Part shown: in pieces, positions 9,671 to 19,322 of the stretch | Layout of the letters: each line of letters starts with the position of its first letter | Position numbering within the stretch: the stretch's first letter is position 1 | Program-made: the position numbers and the translations under genes | The notes under the pieces: generated by a model | What the model was told of the DNA's origin: nothing | The model's database searches: none | What the model saw: the letters and a program-made list of their open reading frames with translations, nothing else | Source: a virus | Strand: one strand, 5' to 3' | IMG/VR virus record: IMGVR_UViG_3300045988_120470 | Span: 31,443-95,442 of that record | DNA: 64,000 nucleotides

Positions 9671-9734
9671 TAGTAAAATCTGTGTTTTGTGTTGTGTTAT
9701 CCTGAATACAACCTTTTTACCTGGTTGCTAAATG

Positions 9735-9808
9735 TTGTGGAGGAAGGACTCGAACCTTCGACCTCTTGGTTATGAGCCAAGTGAGCTACCATCTGCTACC
9801 ACTCCGCT
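9735..9808 (-). tRNA. tRNA with CAT anticodon (Met or Ile2-type), structurally irregular
   Basis: Anticodon arm CTTGG-CTCATAA-CCAAG, T arm GAAGG-TTCGAGT-CCTTC and a D loop with A14/G18G19/A21. There are also A.A at 1:72, C.A at 3:70, one extra T in the D stem and no encoded CCA. Confidence 0.6.
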
Positions 9809-9856
9809 GTGTTATCCGTATGCAAAATTAAAGACCGTGCTTTTTAACATTAGGAC

Positions 9857-9886
9857 AAAAAAAACCGCTATCCTCACGGACAACGG
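9857..9886 (-). terminator. rho-independent terminator
   Basis: Minus strand: CCGTTGTCC-GTGA-GGATAGCGG, a 9-bp stem with 2 G.U pairs and a GNRA loop, followed by T8. It lies downstream of 9914..10405. Confidence 0.65.
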
Positions 9887-9913
9887 CATCGGTAGATAAA
9901 AAAGTAATCAGTT

Positions 9914-10405
9914 TTATCTTATTGTTATTGAAATAAAATCCGACATAGACTTGCATGAAATGGATAGCGGCATCTGTTCTTCGGACTGTGATAAACTGGT
10001 AGTCGCCTTGAAAGAAAATGTGTTGGGTAATGTGTAGCAAAGAAGCAACTGCCCGTCTTCACGACAAAGCACAATATAGTAATCATCCCCCTCGATGGTT
10101 ATTTTTCTTTGCGTTTCGCGTACATTTTCCTTTCCGTCAGTAATTGTTGCACTTATTTCTAAAGAAAATACCGACCCACAACCCATTTTACTGGTAGTGG
10201 ATTTAGCGGTCAAGGTTTTAGCGACCACAGGTTTTCCGTCCTGTGTAGCTATATGTAAAAGAGCATCAGAAAAAACACAGTTATTGATATTCAGTATTTG
10301 TGCCACACTGAACGGCACAGGAATACTACTGCTTTTAGTAGGGTAGATGTAAACATCTGTTATTCCTGCAAGAAAAAACTCTTTGCAATTATCGGGTAAA
10401 ACCAT
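9914..10405 (-). CDS. hypothetical protein
   Basis: 163-aa ORF followed by the terminator. Confidence 0.5.
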   Translation of the reverse strand: MVLPDNCKEFFLAGITDVYIYPTKSSSIPVPFSVAQILNINNCVFSDALLHIATQDGKPVVAKTLTAKSTTSKMGCGSVFSLEISATITDGKENVRETQRKITIEGDDYYIVLCREDGQLLLCYTLPNTFSFKATTSLSQSEEQMPLSISCKSMSDFISITIR

Positions 10406-10470
10406 ACGTATTATAATTTTGCTTGTTTTTTAATATTATTTTACATTCATTTTAACAATCGTAAAGACTT

Positions 10471-11205
10471 TTAATCCAACCATTGAAAATCATCTATATG
10501 ATGACTATGTTCGGAATCATCTCCATACTTCATGTCTAAACAAGAATACGACCTAAAGAAACAATGCTCTGCCTTGAGCCATCTTTCCACAATCCGGCGC
10601 ATGTTGTCCTTTTCTTCCTTTGTGGGGTCTATACCGTATCGCATCAAGAAACGTTCCAGCATGGCAGCTTTACTGCGAGCTATAATCTTGCCGTTTGCTG
10701 TGCAATAGTCAAAGGTGGCAAGTGCCCATTCCACCACACTACGCTTGAAATCGTTGTTTAACAATTCACAAAGTTTAAATATTCCATATCGGTCAAGATT
10801 CCATGTCGGGGTAACTACACGAACTGTATCTACAACTTCTATTTCATTGGGCAATTTTATACAGAGAAAGTCTTCGTTGTCACTTCTGCTGTAATCATTA
10901 TATCCGTTTATTTTCTGTACTTCTGCAAAAGTAAGGTATTCCGAAGTTTCACGCTTTACAACGACATTGCCTCCGAGGGGGTGTCTGCCGTTCATCATAT
11001 TGCGCCATTGCTGATGAGAAAAGCACTGTGCATTCACCTGCTGTGTGACAGCATCCGCATTGGATAGTGAATTACGCATCACGAAGTGTTCAGGCATATA
11101 CATATTGAAAACTACGGGCTCATTCTTGGCAAGAGGTCTGTTCGGGTCACGATGACGAAAGTACTGGCACCGATTTGTGGGTAGACGAAGATATATATTA
11201 GGCAT
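10471..11205 (-). CDS. hypothetical protein
   Basis: 244-aa ORF, 5 nt after the stop of 11211..12173. Confidence 0.55.
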   Translation of the reverse strand: MPNIYLRLPTNRCQYFRHRDPNRPLAKNEPVVFNMYMPEHFVMRNSLSNADAVTQQVNAQCFSHQQWRNMMNGRHPLGGNVVVKRETSEYLTFAEVQKINGYNDYSRSDNEDFLCIKLPNEIEVVDTVRVVTPTWNLDRYGIFKLCELLNNDFKRSVVEWALATFDYCTANGKIIARSKAAMLERFLMRYGIDPTKEEKDNMRRIVERWLKAEHCFFRSYSCLDMKYGDDSEHSHHIDDFQWLD

Positions 11206-11210
11206 AGCTA

Positions 11211-12173
11211 TTAATTCTTTACAATTCGTTTAAAATTAAGCATGACAGCATCTGTCAGTCTAAACGACAAGAGGGTTTCAGAGTCGAAAGATTTGCATTC
11301 TTCCTTACTGAAATGCTTTGACAAACGTTCCAAAATGACAGTCTGCTCTGCATTGAGAGTGCCGGCGAGAGCCTTGAAACTGATATAAGAACCATTTGAT
11401 TCTGTATGACCGATTATCCTGTTGTCAAACTTCGGATTTTCGCCAAACACCTGCTTTACTCCTTCTATCATATCCTGCTCAGTGTATATCTGCAAGGGAG
11501 GATGAATCTTGTTGTACTTTTCTACATAAGTCTTGAACCTCTTATTCAAATATGCGTTGATAGAATCTGCGTATTCGATAAAGAGCCGTTGCGCAGGACT
11601 GTCGCAATCCGCATTTTGTGTGGAATTAAAAAATAAGTCAAGTTGCCGCAAAGTCTCCTGCACAAGATTAAACTGATTGAACTGGATTTCAGGACCGAAC
11701 AAGTCAATCATATCGCCTTTCAGATCCGTAATAACGCTCGAAAGATAATCCGCCAGGAACATAATAGTTTTCAGGCGAACACTCAAATTCTCTGACGTTC
11801 TCTTCTTTTCAGAGTCAGAATAGTCCACAAAGTATTTTTGCAGGGTTGAAAATTTCAAATTTTCATCCGTTTTCTTAGAGTAAGAATTTACCTGTACGAG
11901 AGTAGAAAAAATAACAGCCGCCAGCTTTGAGTCAAGTCTGACAACTTGCTGTAATAGACTTTGCATTTCTGAAGAGCCAGGGCGCAAGCGGTCAGAGGCC
12001 TGCACCAATTTGTTGCGCCGTTCCTCAATGGCAGCATACTCAGCATTTTGCTTCAGCATGTTCAGAGCCTTGTCATAATTGGCAGTAGATACTTCCTTCA
12101 ATGTAAATTGGTAAATTGTAGGCAACGCAAGAGCCTTCGCCATCTTCTCCGGAGATATTTTCTGTTTGCCCAT
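11211..12173 (-). CDS. hypothetical protein
   Basis: 320-aa ORF, predicted helical; no motif recognised. Confidence 0.55.
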   Translation of the reverse strand: MGKQKISPEKMAKALALPTIYQFTLKEVSTANYDKALNMLKQNAEYAAIEERRNKLVQASDRLRPGSSEMQSLLQQVVRLDSKLAAVIFSTLVQVNSYSKKTDENLKFSTLQKYFVDYSDSEKKRTSENLSVRLKTIMFLADYLSSVITDLKGDMIDLFGPEIQFNQFNLVQETLRQLDLFFNSTQNADCDSPAQRLFIEYADSINAYLNKRFKTYVEKYNKIHPPLQIYTEQDMIEGVKQVFGENPKFDNRIIGHTESNGSYISFKALAGTLNAEQTVILERLSKHFSKEECKSFDSETLLSFRLTDAVMLNFKRIVKN

Positions 12174-12213
12174 ATTTCTTTTATTTTACATAATACTTAT
12201 TACAAATAAAATT

Positions 12214-12603
12214 TTAGCGCATATCACCATCACCGGCAATGACATTTCGCTGCCTGCGTGAGGCAAGTTTTGCGAGGTTTTCTTCTGCCACTTCTTCGAG
12301 CGTAACGCCCATCACTTTTGCCAGTCCTGCTGTCTGCCAGAGAATGTCGCCGATTTCAGAAAGCATCAGATGGCGTTCCTCGTCGCTGACGTTCCACACC
12401 TGCGTATGCAGGATCTTGCCTTCCTCGTCGCGTTGTGTTGTGGTTATATGCAGCTTGCCCTTGCGCATGTGCTTGCCGGCTTTGCTTGCAAACTCGCCGA
12501 CCTCGCCTACGAGATTGGCAAGCATATAGAAGAGATTGTCACTCTCAGGCATACAAGTACTCATAGCCTTATCCTGATATTCGTTTAATGTTAAATTTGC
12601 CAT
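12214..12603 (-). CDS. MazG-like nucleoside triphosphate pyrophosphohydrolase
   Basis: 129 aa with the characteristic LVGEVGEFA (E..E) and SEIGDILW (E..D) helices of all-alpha NTP-PPases. Confidence 0.8.
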   Translation of the reverse strand: MANLTLNEYQDKAMSTCMPESDNLFYMLANLVGEVGEFASKAGKHMRKGKLHITTTQRDEEGKILHTQVWNVSDEERHLMLSEIGDILWQTAGLAKVMGVTLEEVAEENLAKLASRRQRNVIAGDGDMR

Positions 12604-12628
12604 GATATATATATGTTTATATTAATGA

Positions 12629-13525
12629 TTAAATTTCAAAGCTCGGAATATACTGCTGCATCCTATCATTAATGATTCTACTGATCTGTTTGGCTATGAT
12701 AGAAGCGTCAGGATGTGCGATTCCAGTTTTATTGCGTAAGCGCATATCCAAAATATGCTTCCACTCACTAAGAGTGTATGTATAACCACAAATGGTATAA
12801 GTATTAAAAGTTAGATTACCCCTTGCATCTTCAGGTTTTAGACCTGTAAATATCAAGAACTTATAAACCTTCTCTGCCACCCAATAGCCAAAATGAGAAG
12901 CCCAAAGTTGATACCACTTTGCTTGTGCCTCCCAATGCGGGCGACAAATTTGAACACCACCTTTCCGTGAAAGGTTTACATAACGTGTACTTTGTTCGGC
13001 TATACAATTTGGTGATTTTCGATTATACGACTCTCCTTGTATGCGTTGCGTGGTTACTACCAGCGTCATGCGAATAATGTAGAACGCCTCCTCACACTCG
13101 TACTTCTGTGCCTTCTCAATAAACTCGTCTTCGCTGACACCATACGAGCTAAGCGCGTCCATCAAGTTCTTGTGCTCAAACATGAACTGCATATTGGTAC
13201 TGATCCATACTTTATGGTTCTTGGTGGCATAATCAATATAGGGCGAAGCATTCAGATACGCCCAGATGTAGTTAGGGAGACCCTTTTCGTGGGGCATGAA
13301 AAAGTATATGGTGCCGTGGCGATACATCGAGCGGTGTCCGCTTTCCCAGAAGCCTTTGCAGCGTTCCTCGTCGCGCTTCTGAATGAAGGCTTCCACTTCC
13401 TCTTCGGTCATTCCTTTTCCGGGCTGCTTGCCCTTTGTCTTGTAGCATATTCTGCCCACTCTTGCTATATGTCGTGCAAGAGAGGTCTGCTGCCACCATT
13501 CCACTTGTGGCTCGGTGAATTTCAT
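12629..13525 (-). CDS. ThyX-like (FAD-dependent thymidylate synthase-like), divergent
   Basis: 298 aa. GHRSMYRHGTIYF and ...AEQSTRYV... loosely parallel the ThyX H.S..EH..F.F and S.RY motifs, but the canonical RHR is absent. Context is supportive: it sits between MazG and a dNMP kinase. Confidence 0.4.
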   Translation of the reverse strand: MKFTEPQVEWWQQTSLARHIARVGRICYKTKGKQPGKGMTEEEVEAFIQKRDEERCKGFWESGHRSMYRHGTIYFFMPHEKGLPNYIWAYLNASPYIDYATKNHKVWISTNMQFMFEHKNLMDALSSYGVSEDEFIEKAQKYECEEAFYIIRMTLVVTTQRIQGESYNRKSPNCIAEQSTRYVNLSRKGGVQICRPHWEAQAKWYQLWASHFGYWVAEKVYKFLIFTGLKPEDARGNLTFNTYTICGYTYTLSEWKHILDMRLRNKTGIAHPDASIIAKQISRIINDRMQQYIPSFEI

Positions 13526-13578
13526 TACTTATGAATTTTAGTTTATTATTTAAGAGATTGTGCATTTTCATATTTTCC

Positions 13579-14076
13579 TTACACAATCATATATTTTACT
13601 CGCTGCACCTCGTCCTGCAAATCGCTTGGCGAATCGTTATTGAAGATTACTGCGTTGAAGAACGACAACGGCAGACGCTTGCGCTTCTTGTCGCGGTCCA
13701 TACGTTCCTGCGACACGCCTCGGCGTAGTCGGGTGCCTTCTTTTGCCGACACACATATCTTGAACAGCTCGATGTCAGGGAATTTCTTGCACAAGGCTCT
13801 CAGCCCGTCCTCGTCAATGACATAAATAGCCTTGTCCGTCACCTGATCGATGGTGGTCCAATACTCATAGCCACCATACTGTGTGTATGCCAACATCTTG
13901 TCGTGTGGCACGTCGCATTTCTCCACAAAATAATGTTCCACACCGTCAATCTCACCTTCACGTTTCGGACGTGTGGTATAAGAACACAACACTTTATAGC
14001 CACCCATTTCGGAAAGCATCCGAGCCACAGTGTCCTTTCCTGCACCACTCGGACCGGTAATTGTTATTAGTTTCAT
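13579..14076 (-). CDS. guanylate-kinase-like (d)NMP kinase
   Basis: I prefer the ATG at 14076: MKLITITGPSGAGKDT (P-loop) ... YTTRPKREGEIDGVEHYFV. The longer track ORF (to 14214) runs through structured non-coding repeats. Confidence 0.75.
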   Translation of the reverse strand: MKLITITGPSGAGKDTVARMLSEMGGYKVLCSYTTRPKREGEIDGVEHYFVEKCDVPHDKMLAYTQYGGYEYWTTIDQVTDKAIYVIDEDGLRALCKKFPDIELFKICVSAKEGTRLRRGVSQERMDRDKKRKRLPLSFFNAVIFNNDSPSDLQDEVQRVKYMIV

Positions 14077-14219
14077 AGAGTATAGAAAATGAGGTGAGCC
14101 ACGTACTTCATACGGCACTTCAGTGATAGTGATGGCGATAGTGATAGCCACCGCAGTCGAGTGATAGTGATAGCGAAATAGAAGATGTTGACTGCGGAGT
14201 GATTTTTTGCGCAATACTT

Positions 14220-14275
14220 GCTCTATCCAGTTGAGCTACATTTCTCTTGAAAGAAAAGATAGGATTCGAACCTAT
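14220..14275 (-). ncRNA. tRNA-like fragments (T arm + acceptor hairpin + D arm), not a canonical tRNA
   Basis: Minus strand: ATAGG-TTCGAAT-CCTAT, then CTTTTCT, a 6-nt loop, AGAAATG (6/7 complementary), TA, then GCTC-AACTGGATA-GAGC. No anticodon arm could be folded on either side. Confidence 0.35.
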
Positions 14276-14411
14276 AACCTCGTGAGACACGTTTCGAAAA
14301 ACGCATGATTCACTAAAAGAAAACTCCGTATGCTATCCGTGTGAGAGTCAGTTTCACGGTGCAAAACCTTCAGTCTGACCTTACCCACCTCGTATTATTT
14401 ATATTTTTTGT

Positions 14412-15305
14412 TTACAAACCGTTGACCTCCGCATATATTCCCTGAAGGTCGTTAGGGATAATAATGCGTAGAGACGTTATCTCTTTGATTTCCTGCTGTT
14501 GCCACTCAACGAACATAGTCTGTAATCTCGACATTTCAGTATCGAAAATATTTATCTTTTCTTGATGCTCTGCATATTTTTTCTTGTATTCAGCCAATCG
14601 CTTGCTGTACTCTTTTTCGGCTTCCATGAGGAAACGATGCTCGATACCATTAAACTCGGCTTGCAATGCCCGATATTCGCCCTGAAGCTGGAAGAAGGTC
14701 TTATTCAGTCGGTCAATGGTATCAGGTTCAACATTATAAGAGAACACAACCATATCACGGCCTTCTCCCTCTATCTCCGTAGGATTAGCCAAACAAAGTG
14801 ACACTCTCTTTAATGCCATAGGCAATAGCCCGTTGGGATGAATATACTTGCCATACACCGCCATCTTGGTTTTCAACTCAATATAACGGTTGCGATCCTT
14901 TACGTTCAGAATCTCATTTCCCACCTTGTCAATAACGGAAACTGGGTCAGGAGCCACGGGCTTTTCAGGAAGAGTAATATTGTGATCGTCAGCCCACACC
15001 ATGAAGTTGCAGTCTTGCACCGACTTCAAAACTTTCTCACGTTCATTGATAGCCTCACGCAGCCAACCGATAAGGGCATTACACTGAGCTACACGACGTA
15101 TAACATCGGGAATAGCATCAAGAGTATCAAGAGGGGCTTCCACAATCGACGGCTGTGTATCACCAAGCAGACGTGCGCTCTTTGTGTAAAGACGCAAGGT
15201 TTCAGCCTGCGCCGATATTCGCTGCGCATACTCCTTAGCCATGTTTGCTACATGGTTGGCAGATGTGGCTGTCAAGCCTTCTTTTGCAAAAAATACTTTA
15301 TTCAT
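14412..15305 (-). CDS. hypothetical protein
   Basis: 297-aa ORF, helical/coiled-coil-like at the C-terminus. Confidence 0.55.
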   Translation of the reverse strand: MNKVFFAKEGLTATSANHVANMAKEYAQRISAQAETLRLYTKSARLLGDTQPSIVEAPLDTLDAIPDVIRRVAQCNALIGWLREAINEREKVLKSVQDCNFMVWADDHNITLPEKPVAPDPVSVIDKVGNEILNVKDRNRYIELKTKMAVYGKYIHPNGLLPMALKRVSLCLANPTEIEGEGRDMVVFSYNVEPDTIDRLNKTFFQLQGEYRALQAEFNGIEHRFLMEAEKEYSKRLAEYKKKYAEHQEKINIFDTEMSRLQTMFVEWQQQEIKEITSLRIIIPNDLQGIYAEVNGL

Positions 15306-15491
15306 ATATATATATCATTTTTGTTTGAATTTTAACATTTGAGCAATCAATAGAGAATCATAAGACCACCGTAAGACATCCGTAAAATACGCATAAGCCT
15401 CAATTTTTGCGAAAATCGGGGTGTTTTTGCCGTTTTTTGAGTTTTCGGTTTAACACTTGTAAAAAGTGTTTCGCTGAAAATTTTAGGTTCT

Positions 15492-16592
15492 TCATCCGTA
15501 TATCTCCAACAAATCATCCCTCGTCAATGTGATGTGTTTATCCTTACACTGCTTGAAGAAGAAATTTATTGTATTGGAGTATTGGGCAAACGACGGCCAC
15601 CTCTTAGCAAAGTCGCTCTCATGGTGTCCGCAAGTAGAATCCGCCGGACGGAATCGCGATACACGCTTCCAAAAGTCGTAACCATCCTGCCCTACCAGAT
15701 GATAGAGAGACATTCCACAATACACCCACTCTATATATCCACCTTCGGTTCCTGCCATCAAATCTACATGCTGTTGCTCTACCTTCTCAACAAGTCGTTT
15801 CACCTTACGGTAAACTATTTCGGGGGTGTCATTGTGCCAGTCACCAATAACAACACCATTCTTCGCTGAAGATCCATGGCGAGTTTCCACATAAGATGAA
15901 TGATGTGAGCGAGACAAAGGCAGAGGCATTACCACTTGGTCGTTCAGTCCCGTATAGGCAGTTGCCCTCTCATTGATATATATATGCTCAGGATCATCCC
16001 ATGACGCAAAACGTACACGACCGATATTGCCGCATGACCTATCGAGCGTAATGCCACAAGCAGCATAATCCTTCAACAGGGCCTTGAACTGGTCTTTATG
16101 CCTATCTGGATAAGCCAAGCGCACAAGACCGAAATATCCGCTACCGGAACACGACCGCATCAGCAAGGCTATCTCAGGGCGATATTGGCATACAAAACGC
16201 ACATTATTGAACTGAGTAAGATGTTTGTTGTCGTCAAGATCGATGTCGATGGCGAGCCAGCCTGTGTGTCGCTTTAAGTGAGTCTCCCGACGGCTCACCA
16301 TTACCCGCTGCCCTGGATGTGTTAGGCTGTCATCCTCATAGAGGGCGAACAGTCCGCTAAGAGTGGCACCAGGCAACTTCTTCTTGGTGTCGATATACTC
16401 CTGCATCTTCTTTGCCTTACTGCCAAATTCTTGGCGCATAGCGCGAAGGTGCTGCACATACGGCTTCCATCGGTCCGTAAGGCAGAACTCGCGGATGGTC
16501 ATCTGCTGGATGCACTCACCAGTTTCACGGTCTACATACCGGCCTACATTATCGAGCGCATCAGAATATATGGAGCATATCTCATCGAACAT
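15492..16592 (-). CDS. primase-like protein (BT4734/VirE-N-like, tentative)
   Basis: 366 aa. ...WLAIDIDLDDNKH... (acidic DxD-type motif) and ...SCSGSGYFGLVRL... recall the VirE-N/BT4734 primase-like domain of Bacteroides mobile elements. Confidence 0.4.
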   Translation of the reverse strand: MFDEICSIYSDALDNVGRYVDRETGECIQQMTIREFCLTDRWKPYVQHLRAMRQEFGSKAKKMQEYIDTKKKLPGATLSGLFALYEDDSLTHPGQRVMVSRRETHLKRHTGWLAIDIDLDDNKHLTQFNNVRFVCQYRPEIALLMRSCSGSGYFGLVRLAYPDRHKDQFKALLKDYAACGITLDRSCGNIGRVRFASWDDPEHIYINERATAYTGLNDQVVMPLPLSRSHHSSYVETRHGSSAKNGVVIGDWHNDTPEIVYRKVKRLVEKVEQQHVDLMAGTEGGYIEWVYCGMSLYHLVGQDGYDFWKRVSRFRPADSTCGHHESDFAKRWPSFAQYSNTINFFFKQCKDKHITLTRDDLLEIYG

Positions 16593-16620
16593 ATCATTTC
16601 TCTCCTTATTGTTTCGGTTA

Positions 16621-16628
16621 CAAAATTA
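16621..16628 (-). promoter_or_regulatory. Bacteroidota -7 box (TAATTTTG)
   Basis: TAnnTTTG on the minus strand, 29 nt upstream of the ATG at 16592. Confidence 0.45.
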
Positions 16629-16780
16629 AAAAAATATACTTCACTCCCACAAGTATTTTGCGTTTTTATTGGTGTGTCCTACATTTTTTTAACTTTTATA
16701 GTTCTATTAGTAATGGTTACTCCTAATTTTTAGTTAAGTAATATTCATAACCATCATTTTTGCCAAAACCTTTATACATA

Positions 16781-16788
16781 TACCTTTG
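16781..16788 (+). promoter_or_regulatory. Bacteroidota -7 box (TACCTTTG)
   Basis: TAnnTTTG 14 nt upstream of the ATG at 16803, divergent from the 16621 box. Confidence 0.5.
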
Positions 16789-16802
16789 CCACAAGTCCGA
16801 TA

Positions 16803-17342
16803 ATGGGCGAAACAACAAAACACAAAAACACTATGCAGATTAAAACACAAAACGGCGACTATGATGTTGCCAGCAAGGGACTGGGCAATACAGCTCTCGG
16901 TCTCGGCATCGCAGGATTAGCTACCAGTCTGTTAGGCGGTGGCGCATTGCTCGGTGGCCTTGGAAATGGCAAACAAATGACTGCCAACCCTAACGACCCC
17001 GACGCAAGGTTCGTAACCAAGAGCGAGACTAACCTGATTCAGGAGAACTCTACACTCAAGACAGAACTTGCTATCCAGAAGAGCGAGAACTACACCGACA
17101 AGAAACTTGTAGAGGTGACACAGTATCTCGACATGAAGCTGCGCCGTGTGGAAGACAAGGTTGATGCCAACAAGGACGCACAGCAAGCCGTGAACGCACA
17201 GCAGATGGCTTACAATGCCGCTGCAAATGCAAACATCGACGTGCTGAAGTCGCAGGTAGCAGCACTGAACGGTGTCACAAAACTCTTTGTGCCTTCATCT
17301 AATGTCTGTCAGACAGGATGCGGTTGTGGTTGCAACGCGTAA
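16803..17342 (+). CDS. membrane-anchored coiled-coil protein with C-terminal CQTGCGCGC tail
   Basis: 179 aa. It has a Gly-zipper hydrophobic segment (ALGLGIAGLATSLLGGGALLGGLG), a long Gln/Ala/Asn-rich heptad region, and ends ...VCQTGCGCGCNA. Confidence 0.55.
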   Translation: MGETTKHKNTMQIKTQNGDYDVASKGLGNTALGLGIAGLATSLLGGGALLGGLGNGKQMTANPNDPDARFVTKSETNLIQENSTLKTELAIQKSENYTDKKLVEVTQYLDMKLRRVEDKVDANKDAQQAVNAQQMAYNAAANANIDVLKSQVAALNGVTKLFVPSSNVCQTGCGCGCNA

Positions 17343-17356
17343 AAACGTGAAGTGAT

Positions 17357-17779
17357 ATGGAATATTCTAATTCACAAATCTTGGCAGCAGTCGTGTCCGA
17401 ATGGGCGCGACCTGCCATTTCACAGATTGCCGCAGGTAACATCATGCGTCTGCCCATGCTCCAATCACTGCAAGCCACTATCGGTTCACTTGGATTGGTA
17501 AGCGGAACTTACAACCTGCAGAAGGATATAGAACCGCTCATACAACCTGTTGTCAACTCACTGGTCACTCCGATGCTTGCCCGATATTTCGGACAGATAC
17601 CGGAAGAGAGCATTCCGCAGATGGCGCACGACATTGTGGAGAAGGTTCGCTACAACGGACCGCTATCCGTTCTCGAAGGTATGATAACGTTCGACGAGGA
17701 AGACCTGGATGAACTTGCCGATCTCTTACAGAAAAACCTGCCGGTGGAAAGTGCAGACCATTACCAGGTGAAGAAATAA
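17357..17779 (+). CDS. hypothetical protein
   Basis: 140-aa ORF, 14 nt after the previous stop. Confidence 0.5.
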   Translation: MEYSNSQILAAVVSEWARPAISQIAAGNIMRLPMLQSLQATIGSLGLVSGTYNLQKDIEPLIQPVVNSLVTPMLARYFGQIPEESIPQMAHDIVEKVRYNGPLSVLEGMITFDEEDLDELADLLQKNLPVESADHYQVKK

Positions 17780-17834
17780 GTTTTACTAACATAAGCGTCG
17801 GCTCGCATCGTCGCTATATTAAAACACAAAAAAT

Positions 17835-18257
17835 ATGAACAAACGTACTATTCCGGCTATTATTACAGCCACGCTTGCAGTAGGCGCAACAGCCACTGCT
17901 CCATATTATGACGTGAATATCACACAGCAGCTCTGTACTCCGGCTTGTGTGGACGAGACACCTGTGTTTACTCCCTCATTCTCGGTAAAGAGTATTGCAA
18001 AAGTGGGTACATCGCAATACCTTGTAGTGCTCCATGTGGAAGGTGTTATCAACTATGTTCCGTGTAACTGCAGCACATGCTGCACTCGTTCACAGGTGGT
18101 GAGCCAGGATTTCACCATTCCGGTGTTCAGTGCTACCGCCATCAACAGTGTCACACCTACCATCGGCGCGGTACAGAACGGTATCGCCAGGATTGCCTGC
18201 TGCTCATGCAGCAAGACTTTCGTGTCAGACGTGCCTCTCACCTTAACCATCGCATAA
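17835..18257 (+). CDS. secreted Cys-rich protein
   Basis: 140 aa with an N-terminal signal-like segment (MNKRTIPAIITATLAVGATATA) and 9 Cys residues, including CNCSTCC and CCSC clusters. Confidence 0.55.
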   Translation: MNKRTIPAIITATLAVGATATAPYYDVNITQQLCTPACVDETPVFTPSFSVKSIAKVGTSQYLVVLHVEGVINYVPCNCSTCCTRSQVVSQDFTIPVFSATAINSVTPTIGAVQNGIARIACCSCSKTFVSDVPLTLTIA

Positions 18258-18258
18258 C

Positions 18259-18555
18259 ATGCCGATGTTCTTGTTAACAAGCATGCTTCTGATGGTATCT
18301 GTCAATCTCATTCACCATCTCGGACTGGCTCAGGCTATAGCCGAGGTGATGAATAAGATATTAGGGTGTAGCCAGTGCCTTACATTCTGGAGTGTTGTCG
18401 CTGGACTGACATATCTCGGTCAAGACATTATTACGGCGGTATTCCTTGCTATCACGATGGCTTACCTATCTAATTGGTTTGGACTAATATTATTGTATCT
18501 CCAAAGAAAATTCACTACATTGTATGAAAGAGAAAAAGATAAAAAAGCAAGATGA
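18259..18555 (+). CDS. small multi-pass membrane protein (holin-like by shape)
   Basis: 98 aa with three hydrophobic segments and a basic C-terminal tail. Its start is 1 nt after the previous stop. Confidence 0.5.
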   Translation: MPMFLLTSMLLMVSVNLIHHLGLAQAIAEVMNKILGCSQCLTFWSVVAGLTYLGQDIITAVFLAITMAYLSNWFGLILLYLQRKFTTLYEREKDKKAR

Positions 18556-18670
18556 AAGTAAGCCAATGGAGAAATCTTCCGGCTTTCAACGGCATACAAC
18601 ATTCGCTACTTTGGTGCCGATAATTCCCAAATTCAAGGGCATCTGCCCTAAATGTTAAAACAAAAAGAAA

Positions 18671-19168
18671 ATGAAATACATTCAATTAATAGAACAGGCT
18701 CGCGCCACTGGAGTGGCGAACGAGAGTAAAATGAACGTAGCCATCGCGCAGATGTCGTGCGACCTTGAAAGCGTAAAAAACGAGAAACCAAACTTGTTTT
18801 GGAAAATTATGCGCCATCAGCATGCTGTGCTCTATGACCGCCACTACAGCGAGAAGTTCGCCAACCATGACGTAAATTGCCTGGAATATGGCGAACCGGA
18901 TGAAGAGGGTATGCCCACCCTGCATGGCGCACATTGGACGCGCTTACAGATCATGGAAGCTACACGGGATCTCAAATTTCATCCAAAGGTAAACGACTGG
19001 GACAAATATGTCGCCTTCAATGCCATGTATGCCGACCTATGCGCTGACATGTCGGAGGAGGAGATAATCAAGGCTGCATATCTGTTTTATTTCAGTGATG
19101 TTGACTGGCAAACGGATGATGATTGCACTAAGATTTGGGACTATATGTTCTTACACGCAACAATGTAA
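18671..19168 (+). CDS. hypothetical protein
   Basis: 165-aa acidic ORF; no motif recognised. Confidence 0.5.
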   Translation: MKYIQLIEQARATGVANESKMNVAIAQMSCDLESVKNEKPNLFWKIMRHQHAVLYDRHYSEKFANHDVNCLEYGEPDEEGMPTLHGAHWTRLQIMEATRDLKFHPKVNDWDKYVAFNAMYADLCADMSEEEIIKAAYLFYFSDVDWQTDDDCTKIWDYMFLHATM

Positions 19169-19322
19169 AAAATAACTTTTTGCGAAAATAAATAAAGGAA
19201 TCAAGTCCCTTTGCGCTATTAATTATAGTACCGAGGGACTTTCATTTTATTACAAAAAGACTATTTTATCTTTCTATTAGTATAATTTTTCGTTAATAAA
19301 TCTATAGTTAACAAAAATCATC

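Noticed and set aside
14220-14275. Permuted tRNA gene or two-piece (permuted) tmRNA.
   Set aside because: The order (T arm, acceptor 3' strand, loop, acceptor 5' strand, D arm) fits. However, I found no anticodon arm, no G3:U70 alanine identity pair, no CCA and no tag-peptide frame. I report it only as tRNA-like fragments.
16803-18555. A complete lysis cassette (spanin/holin), together with the holin-like gene at 27640..28191.
   Set aside because: The membrane-protein shapes fit, but no endolysin-like catalytic motif was recognised in this window and no lipoprotein o-spanin is adjacent. I kept these as membrane or secreted proteins of unknown role.
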